DNA of 64,000 nt from positions 6,832,202 through 6,896,201 of the forward strand of contig CM082588.2 in NCBI GenBank assembly GCA_040954595.2. Direction: 5' to 3'. The notes beneath the pieces are model-generated. The model saw only the letters and a list, made by a program, of their open reading frames with translations, did not search any database and had not been told where the DNA came from. The stretch comes from Balanoglossus misakiensis. Its lineage: Eukaryota > Animalia > Hemichordata. Shown here in pieces: positions 12,601 to 26,709 of the stretch. The first letter of the stretch is position 1, and each line of letters starts with the position of its first letter. Made by a program: the position numbers and the translations under genes.

Positions 12601-13519
12601 ACAGTCCATTTGTCAATGTTTGGAGTGTTAAGGGTTTTTGTAATCGGGGAGTTTATTTATTGCAACACATGCTGAGACTGTGCCAGACTGATTTATTTGC
12701 AAAGATTCAGACAACAGACCAGCCACTTATAGCATTCACAGTTATGCAGATTTGTGGCTGCGGAAAAATCCCGGGTCGCCCGACCGAGAATTGCGATCCA
12801 TTCTCCAAACTCTTGAGAATGGCGGTCATTTGAATCAACATTTCAGTCAAATGTATCTCTCCCGTATTTGCATTCACATACTCCTTTGTCCAACTGCATA
12901 GACCCTCCTCTCTTGACCTTGTATTGCACACAATCAATATTAGCACTGGGCAGACAGTAAATCATCCATGAACCTCGTAAACAGTGTACAAATTTCGCAA
13001 AAACAAGACATTTCGTGTCAACTATCTTTCAATTTCACCCACAAGTGAAGAACTTCAGCTAAATATTGCGATATCATAATTATTATCCATAAGCATGTGT
13101 ATAGAGTAAGACAAACCTACAATATTTGAGTATTGGCCATTAAACTCGACACGTTATAAATATGCCACTTCTTTCAGCTTATTGTGATAAGATAGGGAAT
13201 GAATCACCTTGTAAAAATAATATTTAACCAAAAAAATGAATCATTTGTGAAAATTTTGACTCAAAACACATTTTGCAAATAGCATCACAGAGAATTATTC
13301 TATTATTCTCCAGGCTAAGATTAATTTGCATTCGTTAATGTTACGTTTCAAATTTGAATGTTTGTTTTGCTGTTAGTGTTATGACAAATAGACCCAAATA
13401 CTACAAGATTTGTGCTACACACTTGGACATTATTGTACTACACAATTACTGCTGTTAGAATTGCTTGTCTGTGAAAATAAGATAAACTTATTTGTGAAAT
13501 CAGTTCACCTCTCCTTTAT

Positions 13520-13950
13520 CCCTTAAAATGAGATCACCCCTCCCCCCCCCCCCCCCAGTGATTCAGAGGTAAGGTCACCCCTCCAAGACATACAAACTAT
13601 CATTAAGATCATTCCATTTTAATGTACCACAATGAGTATACAAATAGCATTAAATCTGAGATCACCTTCTCTGATACAAGGAATAGGTTCTCCCCCTTCA
13701 GTGATCATCAAATGAGATCATCCCTTGTGAGAACACCCCTCTGATACAGTGGAAAATTAGACCACCCATCTGATATATAAGAACATGAATCACCAACCCC
13801 TCCCAACGGATTGAAAACGCAGCCCCCCCCCCCCTCAATGCGGTGAAATAGTATCAACTTTCAGTGGAATCAGATCCCCCCTCTCTGTGGAACAGTAATG
13901 AAATCACCCCTCCCCTACGAAAGTGCAATGAGATCGTTTCCCTCAGAGTT
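13520..13950. repeat. Degenerate minisatellite (ATGAGATCACCCCTC…-type unit, about 30 bp)
   Basis: Recurring gagatcacccc / aggtcacccc / gagatcacctt / gagatcatccc / aaatcacccc / gagatcgtttccc motifs. Confidence 0.55.
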
Positions 13951-15068
13951 TAACGAGTTTGTGTCTTTCTGCCCGATGGAACTAGGTGACCCTTCCCTGT
14001 GCGAGAGAAATAAGTCAAAGACAGAGCAAGAGATGATAATGGTTTCAGATAACATCTGTTTATAGGCATTTGCATGTACATGCGGGCATAGCCAGATTCC
14101 ACAAAGAGGAACCAGAGAGGGGTGTGAGAGCTGGCTGTCAACATGAGAAAGGGGAAAGAAAACAAATTAGGTGTCTGAATTGAGCAACATCGCAGATTGA
14201 AACGCAAGAATGATGTCGGGCCGAAAAAGATAAAAAAAAAAAACGGGGTAAAAAATGAGTTTTGGTGGTCCATCCATCAGTGTAAACCATTGCTTGATTA
14301 GAGTAACTGACAATTTGCTGTGTACTTAACTATCCAGCCGGGCGATATATTACAGTTATAAATCTAACAGCTGAATGCCTCAATTGCTGTCCGACACACC
14401 GATATTTTATCCGGGGTGCTCGCTTTGTGTGCGAGAATAGCTCTGCCCACCGAGTTCAGGCCAGACGCGGCCGGCCGGCGACGATGGCATACACTCCTCA
14501 AGTAGGGCACAACGGAATAAAAACCAAGATATATGAGAGTGGATGTTTGAGAGTGTTTTCCAGTGTTGTGTGTTTGTGGTCGATTTCAGTTCCTGTCGGG
14601 GTCAGGGCCCGTGCCCGAAAAAAAAAAAAAAAAAAAAAAAGAGATCTACGGGGAGAGATTATTTGTGTTGAGAATTCACACAAATCACCCTGGTCTCGCG
14701 CCTGTGTGCACAAACCAGAGCGAACTAGAAACAGGATGCACTGTGGGTAAAGATGGAACAACATCATTTGTAATCATCACACACATGTATTTTCAGTGCA
14801 GAATCTACCCTCGTGGTCTGGGCATCACAAAACCACCAAGTTTTTACTTTTTCTGAGCCAGGAGCAACAAATTATACCTAGTTCTCTCGTAGAATGGCAT
14901 TCTTACAGACATGTTTGCAGGATGACTTGCATAAACCTTGACACTGAATCAAAACTGTTTGGAGATAGCGATAGCAGAAGTTCTTGTTGAAAGATTTGAT
15001 TGGGGAATCTTTGTTTTGAATTTCATGTACTAGTACCAGTGGTCTACTATGGTTTTTAGAATCGCTTC

Positions 15069-15423
15069 AGGCCCCAGTAACTGTAACATTTGGCTATTTT
15101 TCAGGGTATTTTTCTTCTAAGTACCAACTCTGTTTACTTATTCTGGTCATAGCTTCATGAAATGTTCAGTCTTAAGCTTCTCAACAAGTCCTATATGGTG
15201 ACGGCCATTGTTATTGTTGACTAGTGAATTCAAGTCCGGACTTGAAATTCAGTTTTCAACAATAACAGTGCTCACTGCTACAAAAGGGCTGTGTTGAAAA
15301 AAAAAAAAAATTCTGAGCAGTTCTTTATGTTTCACAGAGTAGAACAAAAAAACACAGATGACACCCAAAGCAAAAATACTACGAAATTACTAATAGTAGT
15401 CCAAAGTTGGATTTACTGAGACT
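15069..15423. mobile_element. Diverged family C-related MITE
   Basis: Starts aggccccagtaactgtaacatttggctatttttcag; central palindrome ttcaagtccggacttgaa at about 15229-15246; gagtagaacaa and aaaatact motifs as in the 9293 copy. Confidence 0.55.
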
Positions 15424-17754
15424 TCAGAATGGCCGCACTGGCACCAAATTAGGACCCACAGGCCGAGGGAAAATTCCGCTGGGACCGAGCATCTGCCCCG
15501 ACGAGCTTCGAACGAGTTCAAGTCAGTTCATTCAACAATGGCGTGGAGCAGATAGATTAGAATGAATTATGTGCTACCAATTAATCTTGCTTTACCCCTA
15601 GTGGTCTTGTGTATAAAGAGAACTCTATGCAAAAAAAAAAAACAGTGATAATGTCACCCTGCCCTGACTCCACTAAAACAGGCTTTCCCAGATAAAAATA
15701 CCCATTCACCATGTGAAATAAAGAAGTACTTCTCCATAAATCACGTTTTGCCATTTCTCCTTCACAGCTTATTACAGACAAACATACTCCTATTTATATA
15801 GTGTGAACTCGACATTTCGGTGTAAGTGTAAACAAATGATTTAAATAAAAATAGAGCTGTAATAGTATAAACCAAGCAAAAATAATACTAACCCACGCTC
15901 ACATTTTCCCAATTTACGATTGCAATGGCACAATTCACTGTGAGTTCCGGAAGATTTCGAGAACCAATGGTTGCATTTAGCAGCAAACATCAAGGCAATA
16001 CTACTTGTTTGTTAACAAGGACTGTCTTTCAGCATTTGGATCCACAGTATGACCTATTTTCAATATCCAAATCCACCTTTATAGCCGACGTGTATTTGAT
16101 GTGCAGGGAAAAATATTTTAACAGGCATTAACTAAGTTTATTATTAATAGAATCCAGATAAGCAGGTGAATAATATGCGTTCCGCAAAATTATGCATACA
16201 TTTAAATTATGCTAATTAATAAGATTCGATTGAGAATATCAAAGTAATAATTTGGTGAAAAAAATAAACAAATAGTTTTTTGTTTTTATTTTTTTTCGCA
16301 CCTCGGAGCAGGGTCCAGTGGATCTGTAAACAGCCGTACAATGGAATCCTTTGATAAACTTCACGGTGATTTACATGGCATTGTCACCAACTACTTATCG
16401 CCGCACTAAATTTAGTTTTTCGCTACAAATCATCAGGAATACTCTTCTCCAAGTCGGGTGGAGAGATAAGGTGCTTGAGTTTAGATTTAGGGGGAGACAA
16501 GCGCCGTGACGACAAGACCCGTCTTGTAATCTGCCTTGCTATCCCCACATCTGTCTGACGCTGTATAACCCGCCCCTGACACTGCGACAATGCCTCTTGA
16601 CAAGTTAATGATGCTTGCAATGTACTTTCCCAAATCGAACACCACAATAGGTTTGACCCAGGGGCTAACTGTGACACCTTAATTGTAATCGTGTATAAAT
16701 CACTCTGCTTTTGTTTCAACTGTCAATAAAAACTCGACAACACTTTCAGTTGTCACATCAATAACTCCCCCCCCTCCTTCCTTCTCTCTTAAAAAAATCC
16801 CATGACCGACATTATGTAGTTTGAAGGTTATAGTTGAGGAAGGCTTATACTATAAAGTTATGAGGGGGCTGTAACCAAGAAAAATGTGACTTCACAAATG
16901 AAGAACACTGTCAATTTCCATGAAAGAGTTAGGGGGCACCCTGATTGGGAGTACGGAAAAATCTATAATTGATAGACAGAACCAGAGTATTTTAGAAAAA
17001 CAACATCCATAGCTATTGATCTTTTGCTAATAATTTTAATAATAATATTTTTTCTTCGGTTGTTCTGTAACCCAGTCAGAGAAAGCAAATTTTCCCATTT
17101 CTGTGTTTGACTTGTTAACCTAGGACAGAGCCCTTTCTGAGCACGGCTAGAATTTCTGACAACTTTTCTGGATGGAATTAACAGGATGACATAGTCGGCC
17201 TCCGATAAATCACAAAACGTCGCAAACTTCTGTCCGTGTCACCGACAGACTGATCGAACCTCGCTCCGTGATCGATGGCGTCCGATAATTAATGCCTTGG
17301 TGGGGACGTGTGACATGCGAAAACAAGTTTGGCATTTCAAACAAAAACACACTCTCTGTAACTATTTTCTGAGACGTAAACACTTCTCGGCCAATTTGCT
17401 CTGTAATGTTTAGCGTAGAAAGGACTTCTGACCCAGAAAAAGACAAAGTTGAAAGACAGAGTGGATTTAATACTTTCTTCAGGAGAACAAAAGAAGGCTA
17501 TTTTTTGATAGAATTACATGTATGTATGACCATGGCGTGATCAATCACTGATGTGTCTTTGTCAATGATAGACAGCTCGGCTGACTCAACTGATTGATAG
17601 CTGATCTGTGTGATAAATCCGTCGATAGGATTGCAATGACCACTTTCCTTGAGTCTAGGATAAATATTACCTTTATTAGTGATGATTGAAATCACCAATT
17701 TTGCACATTTTCCACATGTTCTGTTCTGTGTTGTGGTGGGAATAAGTCTTCCTC

Positions 17755-17890
17755 TGCCTGTGTGTCTGTGTGTGTGTCTGCCTGCCTGCCTGCCCGTCTG
17801 TCTGTCTGTCTGTCTATCTATCTTTCTCTCCATCACTTCAATACTCTCCCCTCTCTTTCTCTCTTCCCCTCACCCATTCTTTCCCTGCCT
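17755..17890. repeat. Low-complexity (TG)/(CTGC)/(CTGT)/(CT) tract
   Basis: Directly visible. Confidence 0.8.
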
Positions 17891-18379
17891 GTCTACACAA
17901 GCTTAAATCCGTATTACCTACCACTGTTCGTCTGATTGGTTGAACACCGGTCACATGACATCTGCACATTAAATATTCATGAAGCTGACAGAAGAAGATA
18001 TACATGTACTGAGAAGAACTCTCATGTCTTTGTGTAATGACTGAGCGAATCTTACACGTTCTTGAGATGGAGATTGAATGAAATTAGATGCAGAGTTTAT
18101 TTATAAGGAAACCAGCTGGTTGTAGATACAGATTATTCCTTACTAAATAATGCAAAAGAGTTTCATTTTCCAAGCACGTAAGATGATAAGACCTTGCGCT
18201 TAAAAACCAAATATAATATAGATAAGACATTCTGACATGTGTCCATAAATGTTTTTCAATAACATACAATACATGTAAATTGATTCACTCAGTGACTGTA
18301 TACAACTTTCAGACTTTAAATGCATTTTTGTGTTCCTGTCAAGATAGCAACTACTATTGTCCAGCTTTTGTTAAAAATT

Positions 18380-18483
18380 TCCATACAGTATACATATGCA
18401 TGCTCCAGGGCCTAACATAATTTTTTGTTTCCATATACAACTTATGCATATTCATGCTCCAGGGCCTACCACAATTGTATCCA
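18380..18483. repeat. ~55-bp tandem duplication
   Basis: catat(g/t)catgctccagggccta(a/c)ca occurs twice. Confidence 0.75.
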
Positions 18484-20454
18484 TTATTTTGTATATATAT
18501 TGTTTGTAAAAATTGTTATTGATATTCGTCAAACTGACAGAATGACAATGGCGATTGTCAAGAAAGTGATATATCTCTCGGCCTGTAACATTTAATAATT
18601 TAAGAAGGTGGGATTCCTGTCTTTCGTATCACGCGTGTCCATAAATAAGCAATAATGGTCAGTGACCTTAATTCGTTCGGCAGAATTTTCCCAGCACGAT
18701 TCAGTGATTTCACTCAAAGTAGAGATCAAAAGTGGGACATTTATCTCGGTGTTTTATCAAACTGTAATTTCAGGAAGCGGGGGATGAGGTCGGACGCGGT
18801 CTTGTCCGTTGCTGATAGGACAGTTAGTATCTCTTGGAATTCTGCGCGAGTGGGGGGGAGATGACCTTATGAGGTTTGGCTCTCTCTCTCTCTGCGATGG
18901 CAATCAGTCGAGATGATAAACTAGAGAAGGGGGATGATGGAATGACATAATGATGTCTGATAAACTGCGAGATATACTTGTGGCTGTCTGCAGGGCCAAA
19001 TCGGGTCTCAAATACACTGTCGATCTGTAGCTATGCATTGTCAATGTGCAGTTTAGTCGAAGAATCCTTCCCCGCGGCGTCTAGTTCTATGAACGTCAAA
19101 TTTGCCGTCTTCTTTTGTGGACTGAAGTTTGAGACGAGAACTCCAGTGGGGGAACCCGACAAAATTGCATGGATTTGAAACGATTTCATAGAAAGTGATG
19201 GTGTGTTGTGTTCACAAGATCATTTCAAGGAAGTATCATTCTCAAATGAAATAAAATCCCCATGTTCTGTCCATAGAGGACTATCTTTGCAATACATGCC
19301 ATGTTTTCTGCTAGAGTATTTTTGCATCACAGCTCATACAAGTTACACGTAAGATCCTTGACTGTACCGTACCGTACAATGTCAAAAGTGTACATACACT
19401 TGATACAACATGCAATTTTCTTTCAGCTTAGCGTAAATCTTAATGGGTAATAAAAGGATCGTTTCAGTGTCTGTTTGTTTTTTAATATTGAGTATTTTGA
19501 AGTCCAAAATCTGATGGCTTATCCTAATTCTGGATGTTGTTTGTATGACTTTAAGAAATCTGCAGCTTACCTGGTACTGCATGAAAGGAATATCTCCTAG
19601 TATTATACGTCTTTTTTACGCTCAACTGCTTTGAAAATTTTTACAACTTTTCTGCTCTGCTAAATTTAATCACATCCTTGAGACATTCTGCAGGAATTGA
19701 GTCGATGGTATTACATTATGTATTGTTGAAAAATAGACTAGTTTGGGTTTTCGTTGGTGCAAAGTCAGATGATCGAAATCAAAATCGGTATAAAAATTTC
19801 CCTGTATAAAAAATAACTGCAATTTTAACCAGGAGTTTGCGATTTACCGTATAATGGTTTAACAATCTTCTGCTTGCAAAAATTATGTACTAACTTTTGT
19901 ATAGCGCAGTTGTTTCGAGAACATGAAATTCGGAGACGTTACCATGGTAATCTGTATTTCTTTGACATCCTTCGCAGATGTCGAATAGTGTTGACTCCAG
20001 TCGTAAATCACCGGTGACCGCAGTCTCCGAGTCAAATCATTATTTTCTTCGTTTCCCCGCACGTTTTTTACGTGAGAAACGTTGTTTATTGCACATGTGT
20101 GAGCAATAGCAGCCACAGGCAGGATGCGAGACTATACTGTGTTGTAGAGTATCGTGTTATCAATTTCCAGGTGCCTCGTGTTTAGTCGAGCCCTCCTTTA
20201 TAAATGCGAGACGTGATTCCCCCTTGCCCACTCTCCGTATTTATAAGATTGCGCTGTTGCTGTCGGTTTCCTGGAAAAATCGATGTTGATCGCTGCAAGG
20301 AGGCATTTCCAGGAAATTTCTGGGGTGTGTGGGCAATATAGCACACAAGCTGACTTATTCTTGCCGTTATTGATATCGAACTAAACTAAATGTCTGTTAC
20401 TTAAGGTGAATCTTCAAAATAATTTTGTTATTTTGAAAATGCCACAAGGATTAA

Positions 20455-20561
20455 CATTAACATAAACAGTGTCTTGTCTTGAAACATAATTAATGGGAAA
20501 AGGGCAGAGAGAGAGAGAGAGAGAGAGACTTTGTCCCTTTAAAGGGACAAAACTCTCTATC
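20455..20561. mobile_element. Family A right end joined through one TTAA to a second family A left-end stub
   Basis: …gagagactttgtccct TTAA agggacaaaactctctatc (TTAA at 20539-20542). Confidence 0.75.
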
Positions 20562-22380
20562 TTTTGACATTATTTTGGTTATTTTAGATTCCTTGGATAC
20601 CGCAGGCTGTTTATGTTGTTCTACTCCAGTTTACATTCATATCAATTTCCATCTCTCTGCTGCATCAACACTCGGCTGGGGCCACACTTTAAGGACAAAA
20701 CGTGACCTCAGCCATTTGTAACAACATCCCCAGTCCCCGGGGAAACAGCGCGAGTCTTCCTTCTCCCAAAACAACAAATAAAAACACCCCCTGCGCGATT
20801 TCCGCGCCCACTGGTTGTTTATGAAGTCTGACAGTAATTGGGTTGCGCGGTTCACCTCCGCGACATTGATCAGTTTGTTACCGAGACACCCCAGGCACTG
20901 ATAAATTAGTTAATGAAGCACCCTAGCTGTTGTTTAAGTTATTTATGACGGGATCTGAAGGGAAGTGCAGATTGGATCATCCAAGTTCATGCTTGTTATT
21001 TACGGCCAACCCTGGATGTTATATATTCATTATAAGGTGGCTTTCGAACTACACGACTGTAAAATAGATTTATTATCATTATTTTAACAGACGCTATCTG
21101 AATTAAGTGATATGTACATGTAGTGTATTTATATTCTCGCCTTGATGTAATTGCTGATATTACATTTGCCATTTTAAAGTAATTTAGGTTTTTTTTGTAT
21201 GGGGTTTTCACAACCCCTTCAGTTATCCCTGATAAAATTAATCAATGTTTGACAAATTTGATGGGATGTTGCATGTTTTCAGCAGTGTTGTCATGGCAAT
21301 TGAATAATGGTGGTTTCACAACTGTGCAGGCCCTGATGTCATGTGACCGATGACACGATTGAATATTAAATAGATGAGGTGAGCCAGGTAGTGGTGGTAT
21401 ATGGATATGTACTGGCGTTCTTGATAATTGTTGTAGTCTTTGCCGCTTTTGGTGGTCATGGCGAACCCTTTACTCCTGATTACTTTTGTAAACTGAGTCC
21501 AAGACAATAGGACTGAACAAAATTATCCTGACTGGTATAAAATAATAGGTTTTAGATGGATGAGGTGTAGGTTTTTGTCTGTATGCCAATTGTCGTCTGG
21601 TGTGTGGGTTGTAGCAGGTGGGTGACTAAATAGGGGTGGGGGTGGGGGCTCAAGTCTTGCTGTTTTACACTCAAGTTGGCAGTCAGACTTTTTCTGTCAG
21701 AACTGTAAATTAGAAGATATGTTATATGTTTCCTATAGTTAGTCTGATTGTTGCTGTGCGATAACACAAGAGGCATTTACATTTGTTGAATTTCTCAACC
21801 ATGGTCACAATGCGGTGTTATTAAAGAACCTTGGAACTGATTGATAGTTTGGGCTCTTGTAACTTGACCTTTTGTTGAAAGTGTCGTGGAAGGCATGCAA
21901 GCAAGCAAACAAGGCACAACCCCGTTCAGATCCATCTCACATGTGGAAGACATATCGGTCGAGGCTTTTTTTTCTCTCTCTCTCACTTTAAGTAACACAA
22001 GACACCGGTTCAGGGTTGCGCCAATAACTCCTCCTTTGAACGAAATCAGTGAACTGCCATGAACTCGGCGCGACTCGAAGAAAAGTCCCATTTGTCAACG
22101 ACTGGACTTTTTTTTCTTCTTCGCTAATTGCGAGTCTGATTGTGACTAATAATCCCAGCGCTCCCACACCTCACCATCAAACTGTCACTGCAGATTTTCT
22201 CCGTCGCATTTCGTCCTGGCTTTACTTTGCAGTATTTATGGCGAGTGCCGTGATAGATAGACCCGCAAAATCTTCTGCCTTGTGAAGTGAGTAATACTAA
22301 TAAACGTGAATAAAAAAGTCACCTTAACTTCACGTGTCCAAAACACCACCTAGCCACGCAGGTCTAAATCTGAAACTTAA

Positions 22381-22705
22381 AGGGACAACGTCCCTCTCTC
22401 GCTGCCCTTTTCCCATTAATTATGTTTGATACAAGACACCGTTTATGATAATTTACATGTGTATATGTACACACATCTTCCACCCCGCTTGCATGATATG
22501 AGAGTAAAAATTCGCCCCAAAAGAATAAAGGGTAAACACCATTTATTCATTTCGGCGAGATTTTTACTCTCATATCCTACAAAAGGGATGGAGGGTGTGT
22601 GGTTGAACGTTCATTCACTATATATCCACATGTAGAATAACATAAACAGTGTCTTGTATCAAACATAATTAATGGAAAAGGGGCAGCAAGAGAAAGACTG
22701 TCCCT
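22381..22705. mobile_element. Family A MITE with internal deletions
   Basis: TTAA-AGGGACAA…GTCCCT-TTAA. Confidence 0.88.
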
Positions 22706-23642
22706 TTAATAAAAAGTTCCGAGCCTCAAAGTGTAGCGTAACAGACAAAAAGTGATCCAGTCTTGATGAAACATATTAAAACGTTAATTTTGCAGTAATT
22801 TAAACGTAGGTTGCATTCAATCAATAGGGATTGCATTGAAACAACTGATTTCAATCAGATGTCCATTACATCTGGTGTTCATTTCTTGAATTTCAAATTT
22901 GAAGACACAAACCTTGATGCTGATATTGGGTTTCTTGGATTAGCGTAACAAGGACAGTTTCTAGACAACATTCTCTGTGTGGTGATAGTAAACTTGATCT
23001 TATTGCTTCAAATTAAGTTTTTTAACTGAATTGCACTCTTCAAACCTTAACAGTTTTGGTGACAAAAATTAACAGGCACACTTCTTTCTTGATAGTTTCA
23101 CAATGATTACTTCGAATGAATTCAGCATAATTTTGAAAATCTTTTTGTGTATAATCTATCACCGATATTCTGTGCACTTGCTCAAGTGATGTGTGATTAT
23201 TGAGAGGAAGACAAAAGATCACAAGTGTCTATTATCGTTCAATTGTGCAACGATAGATAGGCGCTTTAAAATTTGAGTGTCTAAATATTCCAATGCCGTA
23301 CGGAATTCTGAGTACCGCTGTAAATCACGGATTAGCAGCGCCATTAAAATAAAACTGCCGCAAATGTGCATAATTATTAAAGTATGAATCATTGAGATTT
23401 GCGTGTCTTGATTCCCGGTATTTCCCGGGGAAATGGCCAGAATGGAGATCGGCTGTGAGGGTAAAACGGAAATAGGCACTCTTTTCCAGAATGGGTGATG
23501 TATGGATGCGCACTAAATCACCGCCGGAATGATCGCTTCCCATGGGATGGCTTGGAGAATTGCCAATTGCTTGGAAAATTGCTGGAAAACTCATCGGTCT
23601 TTTGCCGGGACTTAGTTTTTTTCTCTCACAAGCTTGGTTTAA

Positions 23643-23860
23643 AGCTCCATTAGCTGTAACTATTCGCTATGTTTTCAGTATTTTTGTTTTGTGTATCGAC
23701 TGCAGTTTCTTGTTCAAATCCCTGAAGCATGATGAAAAGTCCTGTATCCAGCTTGTTAACACAACGTATAATAGTCAGCATTGTTATTGTGCAAAATTTG
23801 AATTTATCCAGTCTTGAATTCACTTGTCACTTGTCAACAATAAAATAACAATGGCCGTTA
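23643..23860 (+). mobile_element. Family C MITE, left part
   Basis: TTAA-AGCTCCATTAGCTGTAAC…ctgcagtttcttgttcaaatccctgaa… matches the 9293 copy. Confidence 0.75.
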
Positions 23861-24288
23861 CATACATAATTTTTTTTATTTTAGCTACTGTAGAATTCTC
23901 ATACAAGTTTTTAGCTAGACTTTCCCTTCACCTTTTTGAACTCCAGTTGACCGCAAGATTTTCGTCAGTCACCCAGGTAGCGAAACAGTAAGGGGGTTTA
24001 AGCATTTGACAAGAAAAAAAATGATCCCCCACATGTAAGATACACTCCACTGAGGTGACAGCTCTGTTAGTTTTAGTTCAAGTACATCCATAGAGCGCTT
24101 GATGGTTTGTGACATTGAAGACCCAAGGTCGCGATGCTCAATCTTGTATTTTCGACGCGACAATTGTGGAGCTGTCAGAATCCATGACTGGTATTGATAA
24201 GAAAACGCCCTTGAAATACGGAACGCGGCGATCGAAACAACCGCGACTATCATCCATCTCGGACTACTGGAGCCACTGTCAAGTGTAA

Positions 24289-24641
24289 AGGGACAAAGTC
24301 TCTCTCTCTCTCTCGCTGCTGTTTTTCCATTAATTATGTTTGATACAAGACACCATTTATGTTATCCTACATGTGGATATGTAGTGAATCAACGTTCGAC
24401 CACATACAACTTCCATCCCGTTTGTAGGATATGAGAGTAAAAATCTCGCTAAAATGAATAAATGGTAAACACCGATTATTCATTTTGGCGAGTTTTTCAC
24501 TCTCGTGTCTACAAGCCGGATGGAAATTGTGTGTGGTCGAACGTTGATTCACTATATATCCACATGTAGAATAACATCAACGGTGTCTTGTATCAAACAT
24601 GATTAATGGAAAAGGGGCAGCGAGAGAGAGACTTTGTCCCT
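24289..24641. mobile_element. Family A MITE, full length
   Basis: GTAA-AGGGACAAAGTC…GACTTTGTCCCT-TTAA; near-complete palindrome. Confidence 0.92.
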
Positions 24642-25011
24642 TTAAATGACACCGGTTATTTTGAAGGGTCGGATGGAAATGAAACTGGTCATTTCAATTC
24701 GGGGATAATTGATGATACACTATAGCATTGTGTACAGGAAGAATGTCATTAGATATCATTAGCACAATTACACATCTCAGTGGTTGGTCCTGTGAACTTA
24801 CACCAAGCAAGGAATTCATTCCTCCGTATTCCTCATCCAGGCATTCTGTGAGTTGTACCAGAATTTAACTGTACCAATGTTGAAGATCTGTGATCATTAC
24901 TCTTCTAATCAAAGGTATAGGTATAGGGAGCCAGGGCTTTGTAGGAAACCGTCACCATAAATACTAAGTAAATCTTTCTGAGGTCTCTCCACAGTATCAG
25001 TGCGAAAAATA

Positions 25012-25214
25012 CTGTAAAACACTTTATTTTCACGAGCAATAAATTTTCGCGAAATACGCGAGAGCCAAAATAGCGTGAAAATAATTAATAATTTTTTTTT
25101 GAAGATAACGATGCTGTGAATGAAATAAGAGAACGCGAAAATTAATACTCGCGAAACAGTGGCCTCTCTCGATATCGCAAAAATTTTGACTCGCGAAAAT
25201 AAAGTGTTTTACAG
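25012..25214 (-). mobile_element. Family B MITE (B1)
   Basis: TA-CTGTAAAACACTTT…GTGTTTTACAG-TA, inverted relative to the 8868 copy. Confidence 0.9.
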
Positions 25215-26439
25215 TAACCTGTTTTACTGTATTCATTGCCAGTATTGATGTGTGATGAATTTTGTTCTGGTCTTCATTGGGAGCAGGCAGTGCATTTAGT
25301 CTTTTCTGTGAACACATGTATGTGCTCTGAACAGTTGATTACCCACTACACACATCTGCCAACAGAGGCTATGTGTTTCGATAAAGAGATCTTGGACCAC
25401 CAGTGTCACAAACACGTCCAATCTTAATGGCCGTGCCGGTCATCTATCAGGAGATTCCACAGTGTGGGGGTGTTTGTGTCACTTCTCTGACATCTCATTT
25501 ATAACATTGAGGAGTTCACAGTGTCACCCCCAAGTTCAAGCACGGTCCCTCCATCCCGTGGGACCAATTATTCATAAAACCAGATGCCCTTAATGCGCAG
25601 AGATCAGCGCGTCACCTCAATACATAGTTCAAAAGCGGAAAAAAAAAAAAAAAAAAAAAAATCACATAGGACATTAGTTTAATACTTGCAAGGAATGGAG
25701 AATACTTGATTGCAGCTGAAGGGTTTTGTCACAAAAATCAAGCGATCATGTTTAGCAACACCCAGGACATTTCCAGTGCCCCCAAAAATTGCTAGTTTTT
25801 TTCTTCTTCAAAGAATGAATGGAAATAACATATCATTTGTGATCAGCAAGTGTATTGAAAAGTAAAAAGTTTTTTTCTCCTCAAAAATTCTGATTCAAGG
25901 TGATGAAGCAAATCGAGCTAATCAAGCCAACTCTACACCTGATTTTAATCAGATTGGCTAAAACAACTACTAAACTTGTCTTTTGATCATTTCTGACAAT
26001 CGTAGAGGATCTTTAACAGTCGTAGCGGATCTCTGACTAGAGAGAAAGTGAAACAGCGAGAAAAATTACTTGCTCTAAAGTGTAATACAGTAGCAGGTTT
26101 TATTCTCTTCACATCACCGAACACTGTGTATTGCAACTCATCTGTTCTGTAAGCAACCTGTGATGTCTTGCTAAGAATCTCAGCATTCACCAATATGGTG
26201 ATCGAAATCTTAAGAGTATGTGCAATTCACAGTAATCAGGTTCCATCTCAGCTGACTGGCTGTCACGACGACTGATTGCTAAAACTCACAGTGGAAGTGG
26301 CAAAGCATATTGAATACTGGTTGGTTTTCACAGTTCATGATCAGTGGGTGCAAGCAAGTGATGGAGTCATAATGTCAAAATCATGACAAGGTTTGGAATG
26401 ACATATGCCATGACTGTTATTGCCTGTTTTACATCTGAA

Positions 26440-26709
26440 GGCAGTACACGCCTCGAAAATCAAAGTCTTAAATATTTTCTCAGAAACTTTAAAGTAGTGA
26501 TTTTTATGAAAACAAAATGGTGAACACCCTCCTTGTTTTCAAAACACCTCCCAACACACTTAAATATTGCAAACAATCTAAAGGTTTGGAGGACACGAAT
26601 TTTCACTGGGTGAGCCATGAAAACTTGTAGACACGCCTTTTTACCCACGAATAGGTATATTTCCATTAGAGACGACCTTACACTTTTCAACATAAGGTGT
26701 CATTGACTG
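26440..26709 (+). mobile_element. Old Kolobok-like element (family E)
   Basis: Left end GGCAGTACACGCCTC; internal aaagtagtgatttttat…acacactta…aaaggtttggag shared with 35500-35649, whose right end GAGGCGCGTGCTATC-TTAA is complementary. Confidence 0.5.

Noticed and set aside
13520-13950. Repeat-spacer-like pattern resembling a CRISPR array
   Set aside because: Units are degenerate and irregular, context is a eukaryotic intron, and no cas genes are present.
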